Positions 55,135-64,000 of a DNA stretch of 64,000 nt are shown piece by piece; the first letter of the stretch is position 1; every line of letters starts with the position of its first letter. A model generated the notes under the pieces. It searched no databases. It worked only from the letters and a program-made list of their open reading frames with translations, and was not told the origin of the DNA. This DNA comes from an uncultured Flammeovirgaceae bacterium (lineage in GTDB: Bacteria; Bacteroidota; Bacteroidia; Cytophagales; MED-G16): contig CAJXDN010000001.1 of assembly GCA_913052485.1 (NCBI GenBank), positions 2,444 through 66,443 on the forward strand, in the 5' to 3' direction. Both the position numbers and the translations under genes were made by a program.

Positions 55135-56715
55135 CTATTTCCTTTGAATATTTTCAAAAAGAAGGTTCTCCCATCCAGGAGTGTTATCTTTTTCTATGTC
55201 TACTATTTTCTGTACGTCCTCTAATAACTTTCTGGCATCAAAAATTATTCCGTCTTTTATGGTTTTTGATACCCCACCAACGCGAATAACTTCATTATTC
55301 TCTAGCTTGATATCTCCTGTTGCATAAAGGTATTTTAAATTTTTAAGTGGGTTTTGATCCATAACTATTATATCCGCATATTTTCCAACTTCAATTGTTC
55401 CAATTTTATTTTCCATCCCAATTGCCTCTGCTGCATGAAGAGTACCGGCTCTAATCACTTCCATAGGATGGAATCCTGACTCTCTTAATAACTCTAACTC
55501 CTGAATAAATCCAAAACCATATAAGTTATACATATATCCAGAGTCAGCTCCAGCCGTAACTCTGCCACCTCTATTCTTATATTCATTTATGAAAGTCATC
55601 CACAGCTTATAGTTTTCCTTCCATTCCGTCTCAAGTTCAGATCCCCAGTCATAGTATGCCGCAGCGTGAGAATCCCTTGCAGGCAGGAAAAATTTAAGTA
55701 GTGCCGGTCTTGTGTAGTCTTTGTGCCATGGTAAGCTACTTGCTCTCTGAACATCTCTAAACACACTATAGGGAACGAAAGTGACATCAATAGTAAAATC
55801 TAATGAGATAAGTTCATTCATGACATCATTCCACTTTTTAGAATATGGTTCAGCTGCTTGTTTCCATAATTTACCAGCTTCTTCAAAACGGTGACCCTCG
55901 TTCATGTAATTATATTCTAGCGGATAATTTTGAACCGTCTTATCTTCAAATAAAGCTTCAGGGAGACCGTACCAATGTTCCATGGTTGTCAGGCCATTTC
56001 TTGCTGTTTCAAGAACATTCATTCTAGAGACATCCATTTGCGCATGATGACAAGCTGACCTGAGTCCAAGCCTTTTATTTTCTTGTAGTGCAGCCCTAAA
56101 AATATCTGGCCTTGACCCAAAGAATTTTATCCCGTCAGCTCCGTTGTCTGCATTTCGTCTTACCCAATTAACTGCCTCCTCAGGTGATTTGATACCGTTG
56201 GAGCCTTGACCAAAACTTGTGTAAGCGAGAATTCTAGGGGCAGTAATTTTATTTTTCTTACTTTTTTCCTTTTGGTGTAGTACCCAGTTCAGTCCTTGAC
56301 CACATGAAGGGTCTCTTATGGTAGTTATGCCGTGAGCCATCCATAATTTAAAAACATATTCTGCAGATCCACTTCTTTGAGATGATATATGTCCATGCAT
56401 GTCAATAAAACCAGGTAAAATATATTTACCGTGTGCGTCAATTTCTTTGGCTCCAGCTTTAGCTACTGGTCTTTTCTTTTCATCTATTTCCAATCCAGGA
56501 TACCCTACATTTCTAATACTTGTGATGATATTTTTCTCGATAACTATGTCAACAGGTCCTGTGGGAGGCGCACCGTTACCATTAATTAGTGTAGCCCCTC
56601 TAATAATTAACTGATTAAATGGTCCTTCGCCTCTGAATCTTTCAGGAGCCTTATCAATTTGAGCATAGGAATAATTGCATATAGTTAGAAATAGAATAAG
56701 TATGGTTTTTTTCAT
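55135..56715 (-). CDS. secreted amidohydrolase-superfamily metallo-hydrolase
   Basis: Signal peptide. N-terminal metal motif (GFIDMHGH) and a later Asp (GADSG) typical of Amidohydro_1. Confidence 0.7.
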   Translation of the reverse strand: MKKTILILFLTICNYSYAQIDKAPERFRGEGPFNQLIIRGATLINGNGAPPTGPVDIVIEKNIITSIRNVGYPGLEIDEKKRPVAKAGAKEIDAHGKYILPGFIDMHGHISSQRSGSAEYVFKLWMAHGITTIRDPSCGQGLNWVLHQKEKSKKNKITAPRILAYTSFGQGSNGIKSPEEAVNWVRRNADNGADGIKFFGSRPDIFRAALQENKRLGLRSACHHAQMDVSRMNVLETARNGLTTMEHWYGLPEALFEDKTVQNYPLEYNYMNEGHRFEEAGKLWKQAAEPYSKKWNDVMNELISLDFTIDVTFVPYSVFRDVQRASSLPWHKDYTRPALLKFFLPARDSHAAAYYDWGSELETEWKENYKLWMTFINEYKNRGGRVTAGADSGYMYNLYGFGFIQELELLRESGFHPMEVIRAGTLHAAEAIGMENKIGTIEVGKYADIIVMDQNPLKNLKYLYATGDIKLENNEVIRVGGVSKTIKDGIIFDARKLLEDVQKIVDIEKDNTPGWENLLFENIQRK

Positions 56716-56780
56716 TGTATTAGGATAATCTTGGAATTAAATTTATTTAATATAAAATTTATAAATTAAAATTAAAAGCA

Positions 56781-57329
56781 ATGGCACTCACTTATTCACA
56801 AATGTTACCTCTAGGTACTGAATTACCAAAATTTAATTTATTAGACGTCATAACTGATAAAGTATACTCTTCTGAGAACTTTGTATCTAAAAAAGATACA
56901 GTAGTTATGGTAATTTGTAATCATTGTCCCTACGTTATTCATTATCACGATGAAATTAAAAAATTGATCAGTGACTATGATAGTGTAAGATTTATTGCAA
57001 TCAGTTCGAATGATATAGAAAATTATCCTCAAGACTCACCTGATAAAATGAAAAAGTTATTTCAAGACTTAAAAATTTCAATTCCATATCTGTACGATGA
57101 GACACAGGAAGTCGCTAAACTATTTCAAGCTGAGTGTACTCCAGAATTTTATCTTTTCGACAAGGCAGATAAATTGGTCTACAGGGGGAGGCTCGACTCA
57201 TCCTCTCCAGGGAATTCAGAAAAAATTACTGGACAGGATTTAAGAGATGCAATCGATGCAACATTTGTTGGTCAAAATATAAATGAAAATCAATTTCCAA
57301 GCATGGGTTGTAACATTAAATGGAAGTAA
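56781..57329 (+). CDS. thioredoxin-fold (redoxin/AhpC-TSA-like) protein
   Basis: CxxC motif CNHCPYV in a thioredoxin-fold context, plus the TPEFYLFD segment. Confidence 0.7.
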   Translation: MALTYSQMLPLGTELPKFNLLDVITDKVYSSENFVSKKDTVVMVICNHCPYVIHYHDEIKKLISDYDSVRFIAISSNDIENYPQDSPDKMKKLFQDLKISIPYLYDETQEVAKLFQAECTPEFYLFDKADKLVYRGRLDSSSPGNSEKITGQDLRDAIDATFVGQNINENQFPSMGCNIKWK

Positions 57330-57406
57330 AATCATTTTATATTTAGCTATTCCTTTAGCTAAAAAATATCTATAATTGCTTTCTATTTGACAATAAATGC
57401 ATTTTT

Positions 57407-58633
57407 ATGGAAGGAAATAAAATAAAGTTTAGTGATGGAAAGATTCATGTTCCTGTAGATCCAATTATACCATTTATCGAGGGTGACGGTATCGGTGTTG
57501 ATATATGGTCAGCCAGTAAACTAGTTTTTGATCAGGCGGTTGAGAAAGCTTATTTGGGTGAAAGGAAAATAATTTGGAAAGAAGTTTTAGCGGGTGAGAA
57601 AGCTTATAATAAAACAGGTAATTGGTTACCTCAAGAGACTCTTGACACTTTTCAGGAGTATCTAGTAGGAATTAAGGGTCCACTAACAACACCAGTAGGA
57701 GGTGGGATAACATCTCTTAATGTCGCCTTAAGGCAAAAATTAGATCTATTTGCATGTGTTAGACCTGTGAGATGGTTTAATGGGACACCTTCTCCTGTCA
57801 AAGACCCATCAACAACAGATATGGTTATTTTTAGAGAAAATACTGAGGATATTTATGCAGGCATTGAATTTGAAAATGGTACTGAAGAAAATAAGAAAAT
57901 TAAAGAGCTTATCAGAGATAATTTTAATGATAGATTTAATAAAATTAGATTTCCAGATACAGCAGGTATTGGTATAAAGCCTATTTCAGTTGAGGGCACA
58001 TATAGGCTAGTAAGATCTTCTATCGAATATGCCATTAAAAATAGTCGTAGCTCAGTCACTCTTGTACATAAGGGGAATATAATGAAGTATACTGAAGGTG
58101 CATTTAGAGACTGGGGATATAAAATAGCAAAAGAGGAGTTTGGTGCTGAAGATTATGAAGGTGGACCATGGCAAGTCATTAAAAACGGATCCCATGAGAT
58201 AATTATAAAAGATGTAATTGCTGACGCATTCTTACAACAAATATTACTTAGACCGAAAGAATACTCAGTAATAGCTACAATGAATCTCAATGGAGATTAT
58301 ATATCTGATGCCCTTGCAGCTATAGTTGGTGGTATTGGTATTGCACCCGGCGCAAATATTAATTATGAGACTGGACATGCAATATTTGAAGCTACCCATG
58401 GAACAGCACCAAAGTATGCTGGTCAGGACAAAGTTAATCCGGGTTCAGTTATTTTGTCTGGAGCGATGATGTTAGAACACTTGGGTTGGAATGAGGCTAA
58501 AGATTTGATTCATAGTGGATTGACAAAATCTATAGAATCGGGTAGGGTCACTTATGATTTTGAGAGGCTTATGGACGGTGCCACACTATTGTCTTGTTCT
58601 GAATTTGCAAATGATATAGTCAAAAACATGTAA
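57407..58633 (+). CDS. icd: NADP-dependent isocitrate dehydrogenase (homodimeric type)
   Basis: Near-colinear with my recollection of E. coli Icd: [85 protein letters not shown]. Confidence 0.95.
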   Translation: MEGNKIKFSDGKIHVPVDPIIPFIEGDGIGVDIWSASKLVFDQAVEKAYLGERKIIWKEVLAGEKAYNKTGNWLPQETLDTFQEYLVGIKGPLTTPVGGGITSLNVALRQKLDLFACVRPVRWFNGTPSPVKDPSTTDMVIFRENTEDIYAGIEFENGTEENKKIKELIRDNFNDRFNKIRFPDTAGIGIKPISVEGTYRLVRSSIEYAIKNSRSSVTLVHKGNIMKYTEGAFRDWGYKIAKEEFGAEDYEGGPWQVIKNGSHEIIIKDVIADAFLQQILLRPKEYSVIATMNLNGDYISDALAAIVGGIGIAPGANINYETGHAIFEATHGTAPKYAGQDKVNPGSVILSGAMMLEHLGWNEAKDLIHSGLTKSIESGRVTYDFERLMDGATLLSCSEFANDIVKNM

Positions 58634-58643
58634 ATTTTACCTT

Positions 58644-59786
58644 ATGGGAAAAGATAAAGTATATGTCTTTGATACTACCCTTAGAGATGGTGAACAGGTA
58701 CCAGGATGTCAACTGAATACTGATGAAAAGGTTGAGATTGCTTTGGATCTGGAGGCACTAGGTGTTGACATTATAGAAGCCGGTTTCCCAATATCAAGTC
58801 CCGGTGATTTTAATTCAGTCTCAGAAATATCTAAAGTTGTCAAAAAACCAGTGATCTGTGCACTTTCAAGAGCTATAATTTCTGACATAGATATGGCAAA
58901 TTTAGCTTTGAAAGATGCAAAAAGAAAAAGAATACATACAGGAATTGGTGCATCTGATATTCATATTAAAAATAAATTTAATTCAACAAGAGAGAAAATT
59001 TTAGATCAAGCAGTTGCTGCTGTTAGATACTCTACAAAATTTTTTGATGATATTGAATTCTATGCTGAGGATGCTGGAAGAGCTGACAAGGACTATCTGT
59101 GTAAGATGGTTGAGGAAGTAATTAAGGCAGGTGCGACGGTTATAAATATTCCTGATACAACAGGTTATAATTTACCAGAGACGTTTTCTAAAAAAATCAA
59201 GTATTTATGTGATAATGTTCCAAACATAGATAAAGCGATTTTATCAGTTCATTGCCATAACGATTTAGGTCTAGCTACAGCAAATACAATTGCGGGTTTA
59301 CAAAATGGAGCAAGGCAATTTGAGTCAACCATTAACGGTATTGGGGAGAGAGCAGGAAATACTTCTTTGGAGGAGGTTGTGATGGCATTGCGAGCACACC
59401 CTGAGTTGAACCTTGATACAAAAATAAAATCAAAAAATATAATTTCAATTAGTAAGAAAGTAAGTAGGTTAATGAATATGCCAATTCAGAAAAATAAAGC
59501 TATTGTAGGGGCAAATGCCTTTGCCCACTCATCTGGAATTCATCAAGATGGCTTCTTAAAACATAGAGAAAACTATGAAATTATTAAACCTGAGGATGTC
59601 GGTTTAAAGTCTTCATCAATCGATCTAACAGCTAGAAGTGGTAGGGCTGCATTAAGGCATAGACTAAAATTATTAGGCTTTAGTTTCTCAAATGTTGAAT
59701 TAGAAACAATTTATATTAGATTTATTGAAATGGCTGATGAAAAGAAGTTATTACATGATGAGGATCTTTATAAACTAATGAAATAG
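58644..59786 (+). CDS. leuA: 2-isopropylmalate synthase-family enzyme, short form (no C-terminal LeuA regulatory domain)
   Basis: HMGL-like TIM barrel motifs ([31 protein letters not shown]). Only 380 aa. Located in the leu operon. Confidence 0.8.
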   Translation: MGKDKVYVFDTTLRDGEQVPGCQLNTDEKVEIALDLEALGVDIIEAGFPISSPGDFNSVSEISKVVKKPVICALSRAIISDIDMANLALKDAKRKRIHTGIGASDIHIKNKFNSTREKILDQAVAAVRYSTKFFDDIEFYAEDAGRADKDYLCKMVEEVIKAGATVINIPDTTGYNLPETFSKKIKYLCDNVPNIDKAILSVHCHNDLGLATANTIAGLQNGARQFESTINGIGERAGNTSLEEVVMALRAHPELNLDTKIKSKNIISISKKVSRLMNMPIQKNKAIVGANAFAHSSGIHQDGFLKHRENYEIIKPEDVGLKSSSIDLTARSGRAALRHRLKLLGFSFSNVELETIYIRFIEMADEKKLLHDEDLYKLMK

Positions 59787-59794
59787 TTTGGTTA

Positions 59795-61183
59795 ATGAGT
59801 AAAACTATTTTTGATAAAGTTTGGGAGAAACATATTGTAGATAAAATACCTAACGGACCGTGTATTTTGTACATAGACAAACATTTGATCCATGAGGTTA
59901 CAAGTCCACAAGCTTTTGCTAGCTTAAATAAAAAAAATCTTAAGGTTCTAAGACCCGAAAAAACTATAGCAACAGCTGATCATAATGTGCCGACTATCGA
60001 TCAACATCTTCCTATCAAGGAAGCTCTATCAAGAAACCAGGTAGATACTCTAACAAAGAACTGTAGTGATCATGATATCAAGCTATTTGGTTTGGGCCAT
60101 AAATATCAGGGTATAGTTCATGTTATTGGACCGGAATTAGGTATCACTCAACCAGGAATGACAATTGTTTGTGGTGATAGCCATACATCTACTCACGGTG
60201 CTTTCGGTTCAATTGCATTTGGTATTGGAACGAGTGAGGTTGAAATGGTTTTGACTACACAGTGTCTTCTTCAGAATAAACCTAAAACAATGCGTATTGA
60301 AATTAACGGAAAATTAGAGGATGGTGTATACTCTAAGGATATAATTCTGTATATAATTTCAAAAATATCTGCTTCAGGTGGTACAGGTTATTTTGTTGAG
60401 TATGCAGGTACTGCTATTAGATCCTTATCCATGGAGGCAAGAATGACAATCTGTAATATGAGTATTGAAATGGGTGCTAGAGGAGGTATTATTGCACCTG
60501 ATCAAATTACTTTCGATTATTTAGAGGGTAGGGAGTTTGCACCAAGAGGTGATAAATTTAAAAGTGCTATAAAGGAATGGAAAAAATTAAAGTCTGATTC
60601 TGATGCTAAATACGATAAGGTTTTAAAATTTGATGCCTCAGATATTGAACCAATGATTACTTACGGTACGAATCCGGGAATGGGAATTAAGTTAACTGAT
60701 TATATACCTGAATTATCTCTAAATACCTCTAAGGAATCATATAATAAATCACTTGAATATATGGGTTTATCGGTTGGAGAGAGTTTACTCAATAAAAAAA
60801 TAGATTATGTATTTATTGGCAGTTGTACTAATTCAAGAATTGAGGATCTTCGAATTGCATCTAATTTAATAAAGGGTAAAAAGAAAGCAGATCATGTAAA
60901 TGCATGGGTAATACCCGGATCTAAATCTGTTGAAAAGGTTGCTGTAAAGGAGGGACTTGATAAGGTATTTAGAAATGCTGGATTTGAATTTCGTCAGCCT
61001 GGATGTTCTGCATGCTTGGCAATGAATGAAGATAAAATACCAGATCAGAAATATTGTGTCTCAACCTCTAACAGAAATTTTGAAGGAAGACAAGGACCGG
61101 GTGCTCGTACATTTTTGGCAAGCCCTGCAACTGCTGCTGCTGCTGCAATTAATGGTTTTATTAGTGATATCAGACATAATTAA
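59795..61183 (+). CDS. leuC: 3-isopropylmalate dehydratase large subunit
   Basis: Aconitase-family motifs ([46 protein letters not shown]). Confidence 0.95.
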   Translation: MSKTIFDKVWEKHIVDKIPNGPCILYIDKHLIHEVTSPQAFASLNKKNLKVLRPEKTIATADHNVPTIDQHLPIKEALSRNQVDTLTKNCSDHDIKLFGLGHKYQGIVHVIGPELGITQPGMTIVCGDSHTSTHGAFGSIAFGIGTSEVEMVLTTQCLLQNKPKTMRIEINGKLEDGVYSKDIILYIISKISASGGTGYFVEYAGTAIRSLSMEARMTICNMSIEMGARGGIIAPDQITFDYLEGREFAPRGDKFKSAIKEWKKLKSDSDAKYDKVLKFDASDIEPMITYGTNPGMGIKLTDYIPELSLNTSKESYNKSLEYMGLSVGESLLNKKIDYVFIGSCTNSRIEDLRIASNLIKGKKKADHVNAWVIPGSKSVEKVAVKEGLDKVFRNAGFEFRQPGCSACLAMNEDKIPDQKYCVSTSNRNFEGRQGPGARTFLASPATAAAAAINGFISDIRHN

Positions 61184-61184
61184 A

Positions 61185-61775
61185 ATGGAAAAATTTAAAA
61201 GTTTCGATTCAACAGTAATGCCTCTCAACATTGAAAATATTGATACTGACCAAATAATTCCTGCAAGATTTCTTAAGGCGACTACAAGAGATGGTTTTGG
61301 TGATAACTTATTTAGAGACTGGAGATATGACAGTGATAATAAACTAATTGGAGAATTTGAATTAAATAGAATTAAGAACAACTCAAAAATTCTTTTAGCT
61401 GGCAGAAATTTTGGGTGTGGTTCTAGTAGGGAGCATGCGGCATGGGCAATATATGATTATGGATTTAAAGTTGTTATAAGTAGTTTCTTTGCTGATATAT
61501 TTAAAAATAATGCATTGAATAATGGTTTGCTTGTAATAAAGCTTGAAGATAAGGTTGTAGATAGGATTTTTAAAAAAGTAAGTGATGAAGAGAATACTTT
61601 ATTTCATGTTGATCTTGAGAGTCAAATTTTTAATTCATTAAACGGAGAAATTTATGAAAAATTTGATATTAACGAATACAACAAAACTTGTTTAATTAAT
61701 GGTTATGATAATATAGATTATTTATTAAGTCAAAAAGATAAAATTTTAAATTTTGAAAAAAAATATGAAAAGTAG
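61185..61775 (+). CDS. leuD: 3-isopropylmalate dehydratase small subunit
   Basis: Start at the ATG at 61185 (MEKFKSFDSTVMPLNIENIDTDQIIPARFLK), 1 nt after the leuC stop. GRNFGCGSSREHA motif. The 61026 extension in the track overlaps leuC. Confidence 0.92.
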   Translation: MEKFKSFDSTVMPLNIENIDTDQIIPARFLKATTRDGFGDNLFRDWRYDSDNKLIGEFELNRIKNNSKILLAGRNFGCGSSREHAAWAIYDYGFKVVISSFFADIFKNNALNNGLLVIKLEDKVVDRIFKKVSDEENTLFHVDLESQIFNSLNGEIYEKFDINEYNKTCLINGYDNIDYLLSQKDKILNFEKKYEK

Positions 61776-62832
61776 AATTGCTATCCTTCCAGGAGATGGT
61801 ATTGGACCTGAGGTAATGAATGAGGCGCTCAAAGTTTTAGATATTATATCTCAAAAATCTGGAATAAAATTTGATTTTGAAAAGGGTTTAGTTGGAGCAA
61901 GTGCTATAGATGAATATGGAGAGCCTTTTCCAGATCAAACTAGAAGTATATGTGATAAATCTGATGCCATTCTTTTTGGTGCAATTGGTGATCCTAAGTA
62001 TGACAATGACCCTAAGGCAAAAGTTAGACCTGAGGATGGATTACTTGAAATGAGAAAGTATTTAGAATTATTTGCTAATATAAGGCCTGTAAAAACTTAT
62101 GAAGCTCTTGTTGATTTTTCTCCTATAAAAAAGAATATTATTTCTGGCACCAACTTTGTTGTCTTCAGGGAATTGACGGGAGGAATATATTTTGGTGAAA
62201 AAGGTATATCTGATGACAGGTCAAATGCATTTGATACCTGTTCATATCATATTAATGAGATTGAGAGAATAAGTCATTTAGCCTTCAAAGAAGCTCAGAA
62301 GAGAAATAAAAAATTAACTCTCATTGATAAGGCTAATGTTTTAGCGACCTCAAGATTATGGAGAGAAGTTGTCCAAAATATTTCAAAAAATTATCCAGAT
62401 GTCACAGTTTCTTCTCTATTTGTTGATAATGCCTCGATGAAAATAATAACAAGTCCCAAAGATTTTGATGTCATTTTAACTGAAAATATGTTTGGAGATA
62501 TTATAACAGATGAGGCATCAGTGATAACTGGATCATTAGGAATGTTACCTTCTGCTTCAGTAGGGCATAATATTTCACTTTATGAACCTATACATGGATC
62601 ATATCCTCAGGCGGCAGGTAAGGGGATTGCTAACCCTATGGCTATGATTTTGTCTGTGTCAATGATGCTCAGTCATTCCTTTAATTTATTGAGAGAATCT
62701 GAGTTGATAGAAAGATCGGTTGATGAGGCTCTGCAAAATAGTATAGTTACGGTTGATATTAATAAAGAAAATAACTTTTCAACAAGTTATGTTGGTGATT
62801 GGATTACAAATAAACTGGTAGAACTGTACTAA
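61765..62832 (+). CDS. leuB: 3-isopropylmalate dehydrogenase
   Basis: IAILPGDGIGPEV, NMFGDIITDEAS and GSLGMLPSAS motifs. The ATG at 61765 overlaps the leuD stop. The TTG at 61753 is an alternative start. Confidence 0.92.
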   Translation: MKSRIAILPGDGIGPEVMNEALKVLDIISQKSGIKFDFEKGLVGASAIDEYGEPFPDQTRSICDKSDAILFGAIGDPKYDNDPKAKVRPEDGLLEMRKYLELFANIRPVKTYEALVDFSPIKKNIISGTNFVVFRELTGGIYFGEKGISDDRSNAFDTCSYHINEIERISHLAFKEAQKRNKKLTLIDKANVLATSRLWREVVQNISKNYPDVTVSSLFVDNASMKIITSPKDFDVILTENMFGDIITDEASVITGSLGMLPSASVGHNISLYEPIHGSYPQAAGKGIANPMAMILSVSMMLSHSFNLLRESELIERSVDEALQNSIVTVDINKENNFSTSYVGDWITNKLVELY

Positions 62833-62892
62833 TTTTAACGTTTGTTAATAATCTAGTTTTGAAATTTGCATATAAATATTTTAACTTTAGGT

Positions 62893-63213
62893 ATGTTTAA
62901 AGTTTTTATTGTAGCATTACTACTGAATTTATTCCCTGATCTTTTTCAAGAGAGGAATGATTTATATAATGCCGAAATATATCCAAATCCAGCTTCTGAA
63001 TTTATAAATTTAAAGATCAACTCTGATATAGATATAGATAATATTCAATTCTCAATATACACGCTTATTGGAAATGAGATGACATTAGATATGGATAAGA
63101 TATCAGAAAAAGAAGTCAGATTTAATTTAAATAATTACAATACTGGTTACTATTTTTTATCTATTAATAATCAAAAAGATAATAGTAAAATTCTTAAATT
63201 TTCTAAAAACTAG
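62893..63213 (+). CDS. mini-protein consisting of a signal peptide plus a T9SS type-A C-terminal sorting domain
   Basis: MFKVFIVALLLNLF leader, then IYPNPASEFINLKI...GYYFLSINN...KILKFSK, the canonical Por/T9SS CTD pattern. Almost no cargo lies between them. Confidence 0.6.
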   Translation: MFKVFIVALLLNLFPDLFQERNDLYNAEIYPNPASEFINLKINSDIDIDNIQFSIYTLIGNEMTLDMDKISEKEVRFNLNNYNTGYYFLSINNQKDNSKILKFSKN

Positions 63214-64000
63214 TTTGTAGAATTTCTTGTATAATTATTTTCGAATAGCTCCCTATATTTTTTAGATAATTCACTGTCGGGAAACTTGCTGTATGCTCTA
63301 GCTAGAGTGTTTAGAGAAACCAAATTTCTATTAATTTCAAATCTATCTTTAATTCCATTGTCATAATAGTAGGTAAGAATATCATTTGACCTTTCACTAA
63401 TTATATCTGCAATTTCATTTTCTAATTCATTTGTTTCAATATTAGATTTAATTTTGATATCAATCAAAAATTCAACTAGTTGCACTGAGAAATGATCATA
63501 CATAACAGCTTCATCTGGAATCAATTCAATAGATTTTTTTATGACATTAAAAGCTTTCTCGTATTCATCATTATTGATAAGGTTTTTAATTAGAGTATTA
63601 AATGTTGATCTGTAGTTCATAATAAAACCTCTATGGTCTTCAGAGAAATAAACATCAGAATCATCAAGTCCTCTCCAAAATGATTTTTCCATTAGCTGAT
63701 CATACATCATGTCAGTATCTACAAGGCTTCCGGACTTTGAATTTAAAAGTGGGTATAGTCGGTATGCAAAGCCCTCTTGGATTACATTTCTTTTAAGATC
63801 TAGATTAATACCGTTTAAAGAGGTATTATTAAAATATATTGGTCTCTCCCAATTATTAGCTTGCAACATATCAAGAAATGCTAAATCCTTTTTTTCTAAT
63901 CCATTTTTATTACTTTTTAGACTAATAAATAGTGTATCCTCACTAAACTTTTTGAATTTTTGAGGGATAATAGAATGTACTTTTCTATCAACAGAAAGCC
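63210..64000 (-). CDS. C-terminal part of a DUF2723-like (GT117-type) large membrane protein; the 5' end runs off the window
   Basis: The reading frame stays open upstream of the track's ATG (63869) to base 64000. The ...WERPIYFNNTS... segment is as I recall for DUF2723 C-terminal regions. Confidence 0.55.
   Translation of the reverse strand, partial: LSVDRKVHSIIPQKFKKFSEDTLFISLKSNKNGLEKKDLAFLDMLQANNWERPIYFNNTSLNGINLDLKRNVIQEGFAYRLYPLLNSKSGSLVDTDMMYDQLMEKSFWRGLDDSDVYFSEDHRGFIMNYRSTFNTLIKNLINNDEYEKAFNVIKKSIELIPDEAVMYDHFSVQLVEFLIDIKIKSNIETNELENEIADIISERSNDILTYYYDNGIKDRFEINRNLVSLNTLARAYSKFPDSELSKKYRELFENNYTRNSTN

Noticed and set aside
57343-57366. The TTTAGCTA-ttcct-TAGCTAAA hairpin after the thioredoxin-fold gene as a terminator or regulatory element for icd
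   Set aside because: The stem is short and AT-rich and is followed by an A-run rather than a T-run on the relevant strand. The evidence is insufficient.
61026-61184. A 53-codon N-terminal extension of leuD proposed by the ORF track
   Set aside because: It overlaps the 3' end of leuC in another frame and translates to low-complexity sequence ([14 protein letters not shown]). The conserved LeuD N-terminus begins at the ATG at 61185.
16142-61381. Further shadow ORFs (16142-16372, 17623-17889, 21526-21747, 21898-22290, 22999-23214, 25489-25677, 25911-26171, 26698-27135, 28255-28563, 28733-28921, 29256-29540, 34142-34327, 36662-36874, 39158-39376, 44660-44866, 48200-48391, 49632-49856, 50123-50407, 51934-52149, 55596-55790, 55845-56027, 56399-56614, 56841-57032, 57780-57977, 57853-58059, 61061-61381, 63709-63963)
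   Set aside because: Each is embedded in (or, for 22999-23214, 34142-34327 and 36662-36874, mostly overlaps) a well-supported gene on the other strand or in another frame, and none has a motif of its own.
1-64000. CRISPR arrays, rRNA genes, transposases, IS elements, prophage genes and toxin-antitoxin pairs
   Set aside because: I found no regularly spaced direct repeats, no rRNA-like conserved stretches, and no ORF with transposase, integrase, capsid or terminase motifs. The YwqK-like MORN lipoprotein has no adjacent toxin partner.

Overview
This is a visibly AT-rich, tightly packed chromosomal segment. The gene content points to a marine Bacteroidota (Flavobacteriia-like) genome: a T9SS C-terminal sorting domain, a CarboxypepD_reg-type TonB-dependent receptor, CBM9/DUF5916, DUF2723, many signal-peptide or lipoprotein exoproteins, and no obvious Shine-Dalgarno sequences. 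I can support about 68 protein-coding genes, 2 tRNAs (Asn-GTT and Arg-CCT), one ORF split by an in-frame stop, and a few intrinsic terminators. I saw no rRNA, CRISPR array, transposase, integrase or prophage signature. Recognisable housekeeping genes include uvrB, aspS, tadA, sodA-like SOD, icd, leuA-leuC-leuD-leuB, aroE, pruA, a DegP/HtrA protease and Hsp20. There is also a set of secreted peptidases (M24, S10, S9) and two TAT-signal Gfo/Idh/MocA oxidoreductases. The most unusual locus is at about 3.4-11.9 kb. It holds a partner-switching set with no sigma factor: an RsbW-like kinase, a STAS antagonist, and a very large extracytoplasmic-sensor PP2C phosphatase preceded by a TPR lipoprotein. 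The kinase-STAS operon ends in a GAF-PAS class III nucleotide cyclase. It is transcribed divergently from a small DUF5706/PycTM-like membrane protein, whose 3' end overlaps an HD-domain hydrolase. I read this as a candidate, uncharacterised cyclic-nucleotide signalling or effector module. All functional calls rest on reading motifs in the supplied translations. No database search was run.
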